Shown: positions 1 through 10,073, counted from the stretch's first letter. The stretch: 64,000 bases of DNA from Bacilli bacterium (GCA_017515795.1 JAFWEE010000006.1:20-64019), one strand, 5' to 3'. Numbers and translations are program-made. The notes: generated by a model from the sequence alone, not told the origin.

Positions 1-2423
1 CCAACACCTTTTTGATCAAGTGTCTTAAATGGATCTTCTTCATAAATTTTCTTTTCATAGTATGCAGGTAAGAATTTACCAGCATCATCTCTAGAGAATC
101 CAAATGTCATTTGAGTTAAGTCATTAGTACCAAATGAGAAGAATTCAGCTTCTTTAGCTATTTCATCAGCAGTTAAAGCAGCTCTTGGAATTTCAATCAT
201 AGTACCAACTTGATACTTCATATCTACTCCAGCATTCTTTATTTCTTCATCAGCTGTAGCAACAACTATATCTTTAACATATTTTAATTCTTTTACTTCA
301 CCAGTTAATGGAATCATAATTTCTGGAGTAATATTCCAGTCAGCATGTTTCTTTTGAACATTAATAGCAGCTCTAATAACAGCCTTAGTTTGCATCTTAG
401 CTATTTCTGGATAAGTAACAGCAAGTCTACAACCTCTATGACCCATCATTGGATTAAATTCATGTAATGAAGCAATAATTTCTTTAATTCTTTCAACTGA
501 TTTACCTTGAGCTTTAGCAAGCTTTTCGATATCAGCTTCTTCTGTAGGAACAAATTCATGTAGTGGAGGATCTAAGTATCTAACTACCACAGAATCACCT
601 TCTAATGCTTCATATAATTCTTCAAAGTCACCTTGTTGATATGGAAGAATTTTTTCTAGAGCAGCTTCTCTTTCTTCTACAGTGTCAGAACAAATCATTT
701 CTCTAAATGCAGCTATTCTGTCTTCTTCGAAGAACATGTGCTCAGTTCTACAAAGACCAATACCTTCAGCTCCTAATTCATGTGCTTTTTTAGCATCTCT
801 TGGAGTATCAGCATTAGTTCTAACTTTTAATGTTCTAAATTTATCAGCCCATTCCATAACTCTACCAAATTCACCTGAAATAGTAGCGTCAACAGTTGGA
901 ACAATACCATCATAGATAGCACCAGTAGTACCATCAATAGAGATTTCATCTCCTTCATGGAATGTTTTACCAGCTAATGTAAATTGTTTGTTTTCTTCGT
1001 CCATTGCGATATCACCACAACCAGATACGCAGCAAGTTCCCATACCTCTAGCAACTACTGCAGCATGTGAAGTCATACCACCTCTAACTGTAAGAATACC
1101 TTGAGCAGCTTTCATACCAGTTATATCTTCTGGAGAAGTTTCTAATCTAACTAAAACAACTTTTTTACCATTTTCTTTCCACTTAACAGCGTCTTCAGCA
1201 GTAAATACTATTTGACCACAAGCAGCTCCTGGAGAAGCTCCAAGACCTTTTCCTAATTGTTTAGCATCTTTTAATTTAACTGCATCAAATTGTGGATGTA
1301 ATAATGTATCTAAGTTTCTTGGATCAATCATTTCAACTGCTTCTTCTTCTGTTCTCATTCCTTCATCAACTAAATCACAAGCAATTTTTAAAGCAGCTTT
1401 AGCAGTTCTTTTACCATTTCTAGTTTGAAGCATATATAGTTTACCATGTTCAACAGTAAATTCCATATCTTGCATATCTCTATAATGTTCTTCTAGAGTT
1501 TTACATACATCTTTAAATTGTTTAAATGCTTCTGGGAATTTTTCTTCCATTTCAGTTATATGCATTGGAGTTCTAACACCAGCAACAACGTCTTCACCTT
1601 GTGCATTAGTTAAGAATTCACCAAATAAACCTTTTTCACCAGTAGCTGGGTCTCTTGTGAATGCAACACCTGTACCACAATCATCACCCATATTACCAAA
1701 TGCCATAGATTGAACATTAACAGCAGTCCCCCATGAATAAGGAATATCGTTATCTCTTCTATAAACATTAGCTCTTGGATTATCCCATGATCTAAATACA
1801 GCTTTAATAGCTCCCATTAATTGTTCTTTTGGATCATCTGGGAAATCTGTACCTATTTTAGATTTATATTCAGCTTTAAACTCATTAGCTAATTCTTTTA
1901 AATCATCAGCAGATAATTCTACGTCTTGTTTAACTCCCTTAGCTTCTTTCATCTTATCAATTAATTCTTCAAAGTATTTTTTTCCAACTTCCATAACAAC
2001 GTCAGAATACATTTGAATGAATCTTCTATAACAATCCCAAGCCCATCTTGGATTATTTGATTTTTCAGCTAATACATTAACTACTTCTTCATTTAATCCT
2101 AGGTTAAGAATTGTATCCATCATACCTGGCATAGATGCTCTAGCACCAGATCTAACTGATACTAATAATGGATTTTCTTTATCTCCAAATTTCTTACCAG
2201 TAATTTCTTCCATCTTGATGATATATTCATCAATTTGAGATTTAATTTCATCATTAATTTCTCTACCATCTTCATAATACTTAGTACAAGCTTCTGTAGT
2301 AATAGTAAATCCTTGAGGAACTGGTAAACCAATGTTAGTCATTTCTGCTAAGTTGGCACCTTTACCACCAAGAAGATTTCTCATACTAGCATTACCTTCG
2401 GTAAATAAGTATACGTATTTCAT
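1..2423 (-). CDS. ppdK: pyruvate, phosphate dikinase, partial (C-terminus lies beyond the left window edge)
   Basis: Absent from the ORF track because its stop is outside the window. My reverse translation from ATG 2423-2421 gives MKYVYLFTEGNASMRNLLGGKGANLAEMTNIGLPVPQGFTI. Around 1030-1090 it gives the phospho-His motif GGMTSHAAVVARGMG. SD AGGAGG lies 8 nt upstream. Confidence 0.9.
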   Translation of the reverse strand, partial: MKYVYLFTEGNASMRNLLGGKGANLAEMTNIGLPVPQGFTITTEACTKYYEDGREINDEIKSQIDEYIIKMEEITGKKFGDKENPLLVSVRSGARASMPGMMDTILNLGLNEEVVNVLAEKSNNPRWAWDCYRRFIQMYSDVVMEVGKKYFEELIDKMKEAKGVKQDVELSADDLKELANEFKAEYKSKIGTDFPDDPKEQLMGAIKAVFRSWDNPRANVYRRDNDIPYSWGTAVNVQSMAFGNMGDDCGTGVAFTRDPATGEKGLFGEFLTNAQGEDVVAGVRTPMHITEMEEKFPEAFKQFKDVCKTLEEHYRDMQDMEFTVEHGKLYMLQTRNGKRTAKAALKIACDLVDEGMRTEEEAVEMIDPRNLDTLLHPQFDAVKLKDAKQLGKGLGASPGAACGQIVFTAEDAVKWKENGKKVVLVRLETSPEDITGMKAAQGILTVRGGMTSHAAVVARGMGTCCVSGCGDIAMDEENKQFTLAGKTFHEGDEISIDGTTGAIYDGIVPTVDATISGEFGRVMEWADKFRTLKVRTNADTPRDAKKAHELGAEGIGLCRTEHMFFEEDRIAAFREMICSDTVEEREAALEKILPYQQGDFEELYEALEGDSVVVRYLDPPLHEFVPTEEADIEKLAKAQGKSVERIKEIIASLHEFNPMMGHRGCRLAVTYPEIAKMQTKAVIRAAINVQKKHADWNITPEIMIPLTGEVKELKYVKDIVVATADEEIKNAGVDMKYQVGTMIEIPRAALTADEIAKEAEFFSFGTNDLTQMTFGFSRDDAGKFLPAYYEKKIYEEDPFKTLDQKGV

Positions 2424-2449
2424 ACCTTCATCCTCCTAATACAATGAAT

Positions 2450-2478
2450 ATTATATAAAATATAGAAACTTCTATCAA
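2450..2478 (-). promoter_or_regulatory. candidate sigma-A promoter of ppdK
   Basis: On the minus strand: TTGATA (2478-2473), 17-nt spacer, TATAAT (2455-2450), about 25 nt upstream of the ppdK SD. Confidence 0.45.
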
Positions 2479-2502
2479 GAGTTATTTACATAAAAAAACA
2501 AA

Positions 2503-2527
2503 AAGTAGTTTCTACATGAAACTACTT
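2503..2527 (-). terminator. hairpin terminator after the HAD-like gene
   Basis: 10-bp stem aagtagtttc / gaaactactt with a 5-nt loop, overlapping the stop codon at 2512-2514. Followed on the minus strand by a T-rich run (tttgttttttt). Confidence 0.45.
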
Positions 2528-3012
2528 ATATGCATAGTTGTATATTTAGAATTATTCATAACATAATTTAGTACTTCATCAACATTATCATCTACCATAA
2601 TAATATGTTCATCATCAGTATCAGGATTAAGTTTTTTAACTAAATTTAATGCCTCTAATTTATCTTTAAAATCTCTAACATACATTATATTTTCTTTTTT
2701 TACATTATAATTTCTAAGAAGAAAATCATCTTTAATATCTTGCTCTTCAGTAGATAATACTCTAGATAATACATATACCTTATTAGAATCTAATTTATCT
2801 AGAAATTTCTTCATAGTATCATTTACCAAATCATCAGTATAAAAGTTTCTTCCTCCTACTACAGCATCTCTAAATTGTTCATCACTATCAATACTTGAAT
2901 CCTCATTATAATAGTGATTATTATCTCCAAATTCCATTTTAGCTAGAACTCCATCAACATCAAATACAAATATACTTTTTTCATCATTTAATAATTCATT
3001 TAATCTAGTCAT
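2512..3012 (-). CDS. HAD-superfamily hydrolase, 5'(3')-nucleotidase-like
   Basis: HAD motif I FVFDVDGVLA and motif IV IIMVDDN. Overlaps the tex stop by 8 nt. Confidence 0.6.
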   Translation of the reverse strand: MTRLNELLNDEKSIFVFDVDGVLAKMEFGDNNHYYNEDSSIDSDEQFRDAVVGGRNFYTDDLVNDTMKKFLDKLDSNKVYVLSRVLSTEEQDIKDDFLLRNYNVKKENIMYVRDFKDKLEALNLVKKLNPDTDDEHIIMVDDNVDEVLNYVMNNSKYTTMHISSFM

Positions 3013-5143
3013 TATTATCTCCTTTCATAGTTAAAGCAACCTTTTCTTTATCTTTAAATATTTCTTTAACATATACTTTTACTATATCTCCTACTGACAA
3101 TACATCAGATGGATGTTTAATATAACTATCAGATATTTCAGATATATGAACTAGTCCATCATTATGAAGACCTATATCTATAAAGGCTCCAAAAGGTGCT
3201 ACATTTCTAACTGTACCTTCTAATTCCATACCTTCTTTTAAATCATCAATAGTAAGTACATCACTCTTTAAGATAGGTCTAGGTAACTCATCTCTTGGAT
3301 CTCTATTTGGTTTTTCTAAAGATTCTATAATACCTTCTAAAGTATATATATCTATATTTAAATCTTTAACTAATTCATCTTTATTAACACTTTCTAGTTT
3401 ATTAATTAATTTATCAGTACCAATATCTTCTAGAGTTAAATCTAAGTTAGATAATAACTTTTTAGTAACATCATAACTCTCTGGATGGATAGATGTTTTA
3501 TCTAAGATATTATCTCCATCTACTATTCTAATAAAACCAATAGCTTGTTCATATGTTTTATCTGTTAATAATTTAGAAATTTCTTCTCTAGATTTTATTT
3601 TACCTTTATCTTCTCTATACTTAATTAATTTATCTATACTTCTTTTTGTTAGTCCTGAAATATATTTAAGAATAGACCCTGATGCTGTATTAATATTAAC
3701 ACCTACTTGGTTAACAGTTTTTTCTACTACGAAGTCTAATCTATCTTTTAATTTACTATCAGGTACATCATGTTGATATAGACCTACTCCTATTCCATCA
3801 GGTGGAATCTTAACTAGTTCTGCTAATGGATCTTGAAGTCTTCTTCCAATAGATACTGCACTTCTTTCATTTGGTGTAAGATTTGGAAACTCTTCTTGTG
3901 CAATTGGTTCAGTACTATAAATAGATGCCCCAGCTTCATTAGTAATAATATATTTGCAGGTCAAGTTATATTCTTTAATAAGCTCTGAAACTAGTTTTTC
4001 AGACTCTCTAGAGGCTGTTCCATTACCAATAGATATAATATCTATCTTATAGTCTTTTATTAATTTAACTAGTGTATTCTTTGATGTAATTAATCCATTA
4101 TTAGAGGATGCAAATGGATTAATTACACATGAATATAAATACTTACCAGTTTCATCTAAAACTGCTAATTTACATCCGTTAGAGTATCCAGGATCAAAAC
4201 CTAATACTCTTTGATTTTTAATTGGAGGTTGCATTAATAAACTTTCTAAATTCTTACCAAAGTTCTCTATAGCTTCATCCCCTGCTACTTCAGATAACTC
4301 ACTTCTTATTTCTCTTTCTATACTAGGTTCTATTAATCTAGTATAAGAGTCCTCTATAGCATTTCTAACATACTCTGCACATTTATTTTCTTTCTTAATC
4401 ATTTTAGATTCTAAAAACTTAATAATATATTCTTTAGAAGACTTAATTGATACTGTTAATATATTTTCTTTTTCTCCTCTATTAAGAGCTAATACTCTAT
4501 GAGGTTTAATCTTCTTAATCTCTTCTTCAAAGTCATAATACATTTCATATGTCTTTTTAGGATCTTCAGCATTCTTTTTTAATTTAGAAGTAATAGTTCC
4601 ATGATTAAATGTATTATCTCTAATATATTTTCTATAATATGCATTATCCGAGATATACTCTGCAATTATATATTTAGCACCTTGAATAGCATCTTCTTCA
4701 GTCTTAACTTTATCATTTAAAAACTTATCTACATATAAAGTATCTGGAAAAGATAATATAATTTTAGCTAGAGGCTCTAATCCATTATTAATAGCATCAG
4801 TAGCCTTAGTCTTTTTCTTTTCTTTATATGGTCTATAAATGTCTTCTACATCTACTAACTTTTTACATTTAAGAATACTTGTCTTTAGTTCATCAGTAAG
4901 TAAACCTTTTTCATCTATTAATCTAATTACATCTTCTTTTCTTTTTAAAAGATTGCATTCATATTCATATACTAAAGAAATAGACTTTATCTTGTCCTCA
5001 TCTAATCCTCCAGTAAACTCTTTTCTATATCTTGCTATAAAAGGAATAGTATTTCCTTCTTCTAATAAAGACAAAGTCTTACTTACTTGATCTGTTGTTA
5101 TATTTTGCTCTAATGCAATACTGTTGATTATTTCGTCATTCAT
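3005..5143 (-). CDS. tex: Tex-like transcription accessory protein (YqgF/HhH/S1 domains)
   Basis: N-terminal GNTIPFIARYRKE motif and a C-terminal S1 domain (GTVRNVAPFGAFIDIG...GLVHISE). I place the start at ATG 5143. The track start at 5152 is a GTG inside the SD AGGGTGA. Confidence 0.9.
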   Translation of the reverse strand: MNDEIINSIALEQNITTDQVSKTLSLLEEGNTIPFIARYRKEFTGGLDEDKIKSISLVYEYECNLLKRKEDVIRLIDEKGLLTDELKTSILKCKKLVDVEDIYRPYKEKKKTKATDAINNGLEPLAKIILSFPDTLYVDKFLNDKVKTEEDAIQGAKYIIAEYISDNAYYRKYIRDNTFNHGTITSKLKKNAEDPKKTYEMYYDFEEEIKKIKPHRVLALNRGEKENILTVSIKSSKEYIIKFLESKMIKKENKCAEYVRNAIEDSYTRLIEPSIEREIRSELSEVAGDEAIENFGKNLESLLMQPPIKNQRVLGFDPGYSNGCKLAVLDETGKYLYSCVINPFASSNNGLITSKNTLVKLIKDYKIDIISIGNGTASRESEKLVSELIKEYNLTCKYIITNEAGASIYSTEPIAQEEFPNLTPNERSAVSIGRRLQDPLAELVKIPPDGIGVGLYQHDVPDSKLKDRLDFVVEKTVNQVGVNINTASGSILKYISGLTKRSIDKLIKYREDKGKIKSREEISKLLTDKTYEQAIGFIRIVDGDNILDKTSIHPESYDVTKKLLSNLDLTLEDIGTDKLINKLESVNKDELVKDLNIDIYTLEGIIESLEKPNRDPRDELPRPILKSDVLTIDDLKEGMELEGTVRNVAPFGAFIDIGLHNDGLVHISEISDSYIKHPSDVLSVGDIVKVYVKEIFKDKEKVALTMKGDNND

Positions 5144-5191
5144 TTTATTCACCCTAAAATAATTATATCATAAAGCAAATAAAAAAGAAGA

Positions 5192-5482
5192 CTATTTGCC
5201 TCCTTTACCTCCAAAATCATCATGCGGAAAATTATCATACAATTTTGATTTTTTTAGACTTGCTTGTAAAAAATTTAAACCATCTTTTTCAATAACTTCT
5301 AATTCACAGTCTACACCAGGTTCTCTAGCATTTCCAATTTGAGACACAATAGATAAAACGCTAGTTGCCTTACTAACGTCACTCATTGGACCAATTAAAG
5401 CTTCAAATTTTCCTTTTTCTCTTATTTCATCAAATATTTTTCCTGAATCTATTTCTTCAGGACTTATAATTCTTTCTTTCAT
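5192..5482 (-). CDS. hypothetical protein (96 aa)
   Basis: ORF with SD AGGAGTGA 5 nt before ATG 5482. The track start at 5491 is a GTG inside that SD. No motif recognised. Confidence 0.5.
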   Translation of the reverse strand: MKERIISPEEIDSGKIFDEIREKGKFEALIGPMSDVSKATSVLSIVSQIGNAREPGVDCELEVIEKDGLNFLQASLKKSKLYDNFPHDDFGGKGGK

Positions 5483-5493
5483 ATTTATCACTC

Positions 5494-6147
5494 CTATTTT
5501 TTAGATTTCTTAGTACTTTTAGTATCTATTAATGTATTAAACATAGATATTAGTGCACAAGATATAATTACTCCTCCTAGGATATCACTAACCCAGTGTA
5601 CACCAGAAATAATTCTACCTGCTATTACTAATGTTAATAATGTTAATACAATTACTTTTAAGAATTTAGAATATTTACCAAAGTATTTATCTGATACCAT
5701 ACAAAAACTAATTGCTACACACATTGCAAGTACAGTATGACTTGATGGATAAGAAGCTTCTAATACTTTATCTATAAGTATTGGTCTATAATTTATTATT
5801 ACTTTTTCAAAACCAACATATACTATTGCCATACATGCATATAGAGCTCCAAGAGATAAAATTTCTTTATCAACCTTTAATGGATTCTTTCTTTTTATTA
5901 ATTGAATTAAACCTATAATAGCAAATACTACAACTATTAATAATAAAGCATAACCAAGATATTCAGTTACTTTATATATAGTCATATTCTTTCCTATTAC
6001 ATTTTTAAACCATTTGTTTACTACTGCAAATCCAACTTTTGATTTTTGTGGACCAATAGCTTTAACATTAATAGTTTTAACTAAATATGTATATACCCCA
6101 AATATTATAAAGAGTATACCTGTTAATATAATATTCTTCTTTTTCAT
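5494..6147 (-). CDS. PAP2-family membrane phosphatase
   Basis: Multi-TM protein with acid-phosphatase motifs PSSHT and SGVHWVSDILGG. Confidence 0.8.
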   Translation of the reverse strand: MKKKNIILTGILFIIFGVYTYLVKTINVKAIGPQKSKVGFAVVNKWFKNVIGKNMTIYKVTEYLGYALLLIVVVFAIIGLIQLIKRKNPLKVDKEILSLGALYACMAIVYVGFEKVIINYRPILIDKVLEASYPSSHTVLAMCVAISFCMVSDKYFGKYSKFLKVIVLTLLTLVIAGRIISGVHWVSDILGGVIISCALISMFNTLIDTKSTKKSKK

Positions 6148-6202
6148 ATTTAAACCTCTCTACTATATATAATTATAACACAATTTATAACATGATTCAA
6201 TT

Positions 6203-6862
6203 TTATTTCTTTATTATATTTTTAGTCCATTCTTTTGCTTCTTCAAATAATATATTTGCTTTTTCCATTAAATAATTAGGATCCTTTATAAATCTATTTA
6301 TTTCTTCTTTACTATAATTATTTAATATATAATTTACAATCGTATATGCATATGGATATTTTAATTTCATAATTGATGGATTAAAATTATTTACTAACTC
6401 ATTAAAATCACATTCATTTAAACTACATATAGAATACTGGAATTGATTAGATAAATTAGTAGCTAATCCTTCACTAAACCATATACATTCTCTTGGAAAT
6501 TTCTTTACTAATAACTGACATTTATGAATTATTTCATGTAAGAGAGTCCCCTTAAATTCATCAAGATTAGCATTTTTATGAGTAGTATATTTTTTTTGAT
6601 CATCTATATTTAATAATTTAATAGTCATTGAATAATCAGAAAAACCTCGTTCATAACCTAGAATCTTATGATTTTTTTCCTTAGCATATTCCATAAAACC
6701 ATCATAACTCATAATTCTAATAGTAATCTTATCAGGTAAATTATCTAATTCAAAAAATTCAAATATTCTTTTTTCATTTTCTAAAACATGATTAACTATA
6801 TCATCAAAATAATCTATCTTAATATCACTTTCAATTATAAAATTATTTAACTCTCTTCTCAT
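6203..6862 (-). CDS. putative zinc metallopeptidase (HExxH, MA-clan-like)
   Basis: LLHEIIHKCQ (HExxH) followed by WFSEGLATN, resembling the HExxH...EGlA arrangement of peptidase MA-like domains. SD AGGAGA. Confidence 0.5.
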   Translation of the reverse strand: MRRELNNFIIESDIKIDYFDDIVNHVLENEKRIFEFFELDNLPDKITIRIMSYDGFMEYAKEKNHKILGYERGFSDYSMTIKLLNIDDQKKYTTHKNANLDEFKGTLLHEIIHKCQLLVKKFPRECIWFSEGLATNLSNQFQYSICSLNECDFNELVNNFNPSIMKLKYPYAYTIVNYILNNYSKEEINRFIKDPNYLMEKANILFEEAKEWTKNIIKK

Positions 6863-6910
6863 ATATTTCTCCTAAAAAAATTATAACATAAAAAAAGAGA
6901 ATAATTCTCT

Positions 6911-7723
6911 TTAATCATTAAAATCAGGCTTAGGCATTTTATTTCTTGATTTAATTAATATACGATAATTATTCTCATCAAATTTAATATCTCTTTTTGA
7001 ATAGTTCCATAAATCTACCACTTTTTGGTATTTAGTACTAATATCTGAAGTTGTATCTAATGCAGCATCTAAATAGAGTCTTCTAAATTCTTCATCAGGA
7101 AGATTTCCTCTACAAAGAAGATCACCATATGCTTCATCAGTATATACTCTAAATACTTTACTAGTAGCTATTTGAGTTATACCATTTAATTTATGATAAA
7201 ACTTTCTTATCTTTTCAATTGTTAAATGATATAAATGGATAAATTGTGGATCATTATTCTCAAATGCTATTTTTAATTTTTCCATTCTATTATTTATTAT
7301 AGAAACATATTCTTTAGATGTTTCTTCATCTAATTTAGGTAATGGTTTAGAGAACTTATCAATAGCATATTCTTTTAATTCATGTAAATCACCATGTTTA
7401 TCAAATATAATTCTTGCTCTTCCAACTATTGCAAATAAAGCACTATTTTGATTATTAAAATCATTATCTATTGATTCATACATATCACTAATAGGCTTTT
7501 CAAAATATTCAACTCTTATACCATCAACAATGGTGTTACCTCTAATTAATCTATCAGGTTCTTCATCATCATATATTATATGTAAATCTAAATCAGAGTA
7601 TTTATTATTATAGCCAGTTAAAAAACTTCCATAAAAGAAACATCCAAGTACATGTTCATCATCTAGATATCCCATTATATTAATAAATTTAGTAATTGTA
7701 TCGCTTATATTAACTTTTTCCAT
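6911..7723 (-). CDS. nucleotidyltransferase-domain protein (KNTase/ANT-like fold)
   Basis: Pol-beta NTase signature FFYGSFLTGYNNKYSDLDLHIIY (GS...DxD) plus a helical C-terminal half of about 150 aa. SD AAGGAG. Confidence 0.65.
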   Translation of the reverse strand: MEKVNISDTITKFINIMGYLDDEHVLGCFFYGSFLTGYNNKYSDLDLHIIYDDEEPDRLIRGNTIVDGIRVEYFEKPISDMYESIDNDFNNQNSALFAIVGRARIIFDKHGDLHELKEYAIDKFSKPLPKLDEETSKEYVSIINNRMEKLKIAFENNDPQFIHLYHLTIEKIRKFYHKLNGITQIATSKVFRVYTDEAYGDLLCRGNLPDEEFRRLYLDAALDTTSDISTKYQKVVDLWNYSKRDIKFDENNYRILIKSRNKMPKPDFND

Positions 7724-7732
7724 ATATACTCC

Positions 7733-8233
7733 TTAACTTATATGTTTTTTACTTTCATATACTAGTCTTTTTATATTTTCGTATTGTGTTTCACCAAATA
7801 GATTTGTAATAACAGTTTGAGAATCAGGAAAATATTCTAATAAAACATCACACATAAAATCTAAAAATACTCCATTATTTCCTTGATTACAAGCAACATC
7901 TTTTACTTCTTCCCAAGGCATTCCTTTAGATATACATTCCATTATTTGAGCAGCATCCTCATATGCAGATAGTCTTACTGCTATTAAATAATCTGTTTCA
8001 GGATTTCCAGAAGCATAAAGAAATTGTCTTATATCATGAGTCCAAGAATCTACTTTATCCTCTTTACATAAATCTTTATATTTAGACATATTTCTAATAT
8101 ATTCTTCTGCTATTAAACTATATGGTTTCCCATCCTTAGTTAAACATATCATTTTAGAAAGTTGAACATCTCTCATAGCGTTCATAATAGTAGCTTCCAT
8201 TAGTTCTTCTACTCTTTCTTTATATTTTTTCAT
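7733..8233 (-). CDS. hypothetical protein (166 aa)
   Basis: ORF 9 nt downstream of the NTase gene. ATG 8233 is preceded by GGGGG. The track start at 8245 is a TTG. Confidence 0.5.
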   Translation of the reverse strand: MKKYKERVEELMEATIMNAMRDVQLSKMICLTKDGKPYSLIAEEYIRNMSKYKDLCKEDKVDSWTHDIRQFLYASGNPETDYLIAVRLSAYEDAAQIMECISKGMPWEEVKDVACNQGNNGVFLDFMCDVLLEYFPDSQTVITNLFGETQYENIKRLVYESKKHIS

Positions 8234-8264
8234 ATATACCCCCAAAAAGCATAATTATTATAAC

Positions 8265-8290
8265 AAAAAAACTAGTCAAAGACTAGTATT
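8265..8290 (-). terminator. hairpin terminator after tRNA-Pro
   Basis: Stem actagtc / gactagt with loop aaa. The A-run on the plus strand gives UUUUUU after the hairpin on the minus-strand transcript. Confidence 0.5.
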
Positions 8291-8297
8291 TTTTAAA

Positions 8298-8374
8298 TGG
8301 TCGGGAAGACAGGATTTGAACCTGCAACCTCTTGGTCCCAAACCAAGCGCACTGCCAAGTTGTGCTACTTCCCG
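8298..8374 (-). tRNA. tRNA-Pro (anticodon UGG)
   Basis: Reverse complement CGGGAAGTAGCACAACTTGGCAGTGCGCTTGGTTTGGGACCAAGAGGTTGCAGGTTCAAATCCTGTCTTCCCGACCA folds as a cloverleaf. Anticodon loop is TTTGGGA and the 3' CCA is encoded. Confidence 0.93.
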
Positions 8375-8389
8375 ATATAATTTTAAAAA

Positions 8390-8466
<77 letters not shown>

Positions 8467-8490
8467 ATACGCACTTCAAAGAACATATAA

Positions 8491-8519
8491 ATAATATCAT
8501 TTTATTTATTTAAAGTCAA
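8491..8519 (-). promoter_or_regulatory. candidate sigma-A promoter of the tRNA-Arg/tRNA-Pro pair
   Basis: Minus strand: TTGACT (8519-8514), 17 nt, TATTAT (8496-8491), about 25 nt upstream of tRNA-Arg. Confidence 0.5.
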
Positions 8520-8530
8520 TAATAATAAAA

Positions 8531-8559
8531 AAAATAAAGAATTTTTCATTCTTTATTTT
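8531..8559 (-). terminator. hairpin terminator after the YjgR-like gene
   Basis: 12-bp AT-rich stem aaaataaagaat / attctttatttt with loop ttttc. It contains the stop codon at 8553-8555 and is followed by a T-run on the minus strand. Confidence 0.45.
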
Positions 8560-10073
8560 TTAAACATTTTTTCAATAGCATTTAATGCTCTAGTAATTAA
8601 TCTTCCTTCTACTCTAGAAGCTACTCTTCTTCCAACTTTTCTTGGAACAGAGTTTTTCTTTTTTCTTTCAGCTTCTCTTTCTTCTTTTTCTTTTTGTTTT
8701 CTAGCTTTCTCATCTAGTTTTTCTTGTTCTTTTTTAGCTTTTTCTTCATCTTTAATTCTTTGTTCTTCTGCTTTTTTATTTTCTTCTTCTAACTCTTTTT
8801 CTTTAAGTTTTTCATGAGCAGAAGTTCTATCTTCACCATCTAAATAAGCCACATCATCAAATGAATAATTATTCATTATTCTAAGTCTTGTCGAATCATC
8901 TATTACTCCAATCTTACTTTGAGGAGGTAATATAAATACTCTTTCACATACTTCTGGTTCGCCTTTTTCATTTTGGAAACTTACTATAGCTTCACCAGTA
9001 CCAAGTTCTAGAATAGTATCATAAGTTTTAAATTCAGGATTAGTTCTAAATGAATCTGCTGCTGCTTTAGCAATCTTTTGATCAGCAGGTGTATATGCTC
9101 TTAAGTTATGTTGAACTCTATTACCAAGTTGATCTAATACTGTAGCAGGTATATCAGTTGTATAGTGAGATATAAAGTATAAACCAATACCTTTAGATCT
9201 AATTAATCTAACTATCTTTTCAACTTGTTTTAGTCTATATGAAGGCATTTCTCTAAATAAGAAATATGCTTCATCAAAGAAGAATACAATCTTTGGTTTA
9301 TCTAAGTCACCTACTTCAGGCATATAATCATATAATTTAGTTAATAAACAAAGCATAACAGCAGAATATAAATCTGGATTCTTATATAATTCTACTGCAT
9401 CTAAAATATTAATTACACCTTTTTCATCTTTATGTCTTAATAAATAATCAATCTTAAATTCTGGAGTACCAAAAAAATTATCTAATCCTTGATTTTCTAA
9501 AACAGATAAACTACGAATAATAACACCTACACTTTGTGTAGTTACGTTACCAAGTTCACTATAATCTTTTTTATTATTACTTACATGATTTAACATGTGT
9601 TTTAAATCATCTAAATTATCTAGTTCATAATTATCCTTTTCTGCAGCTTTAAATATAATATTTAAAACTCCCTCTTGGACCTCAGATAGTCCAAGCATTA
9701 TTGATAATATACTTGGCCCAATTTCAGATACTTTAAATCTTATTGGATTTCCTTTTTGTTTATATACATCCCAGAATGCTACTGGAAATGCTTTTGGTTC
9801 AAATCCATCTAGTTTTAATTTATCAACTCTTTTTTGAATGTTTTCAGTAATTCCTTCATCACAAGTAGCTGTACCAGAAAGATCTCCCTTTACATCTGCC
9901 ATAAATACTGGTACACCTAAATCAGATAAACTTTCTGCCATTACTTTTGATGTAATAGTTTTACCAGTTCCTGATGCTCCAGTTATTAGACCATGTCTAT
10001 TAGCCATACTAGGAAGTAAATATACTTCCTTCTTATCATTTTTACCTATTAATAAACCTTCATTCTTATACAT
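8553..10073 (-). CDS. YjgR-like DUF853 / HerA-like P-loop ATPase with a Lys/Glu-rich C-terminal tail
   Basis: N-terminus LLPSMANRHGLITGASGTGKTITSKVMAESLSDLGVPVFMADVKGDLSG matches the YjgR family as I remember it. Walker B reads VFFFDEA. The last ~90 aa are a K/E-rich low-complexity tail. Confidence 0.8.
   Translation of the reverse strand: MYKNEGLLIGKNDKKEVYLLPSMANRHGLITGASGTGKTITSKVMAESLSDLGVPVFMADVKGDLSGTATCDEGITENIQKRVDKLKLDGFEPKAFPVAFWDVYKQKGNPIRFKVSEIGPSILSIMLGLSEVQEGVLNIIFKAAEKDNYELDNLDDLKHMLNHVSNNKKDYSELGNVTTQSVGVIIRSLSVLENQGLDNFFGTPEFKIDYLLRHKDEKGVINILDAVELYKNPDLYSAVMLCLLTKLYDYMPEVGDLDKPKIVFFFDEAYFLFREMPSYRLKQVEKIVRLIRSKGIGLYFISHYTTDIPATVLDQLGNRVQHNLRAYTPADQKIAKAAADSFRTNPEFKTYDTILELGTGEAIVSFQNEKGEPEVCERVFILPPQSKIGVIDDSTRLRIMNNYSFDDVAYLDGEDRTSAHEKLKEKELEEENKKAEEQRIKDEEKAKKEQEKLDEKARKQKEKEEREAERKKKNSVPRKVGRRVASRVEGRLITRALNAIEKMFKK

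Noticed and set aside
682-915. 77-aa plus-strand ORF from the track
   Set aside because: It lies entirely antisense within ppdK, whose minus-strand frame gives unmistakable PpdK sequence. The ORF has no SD and a low-complexity S/L/N-rich composition. It is a shadow ORF.
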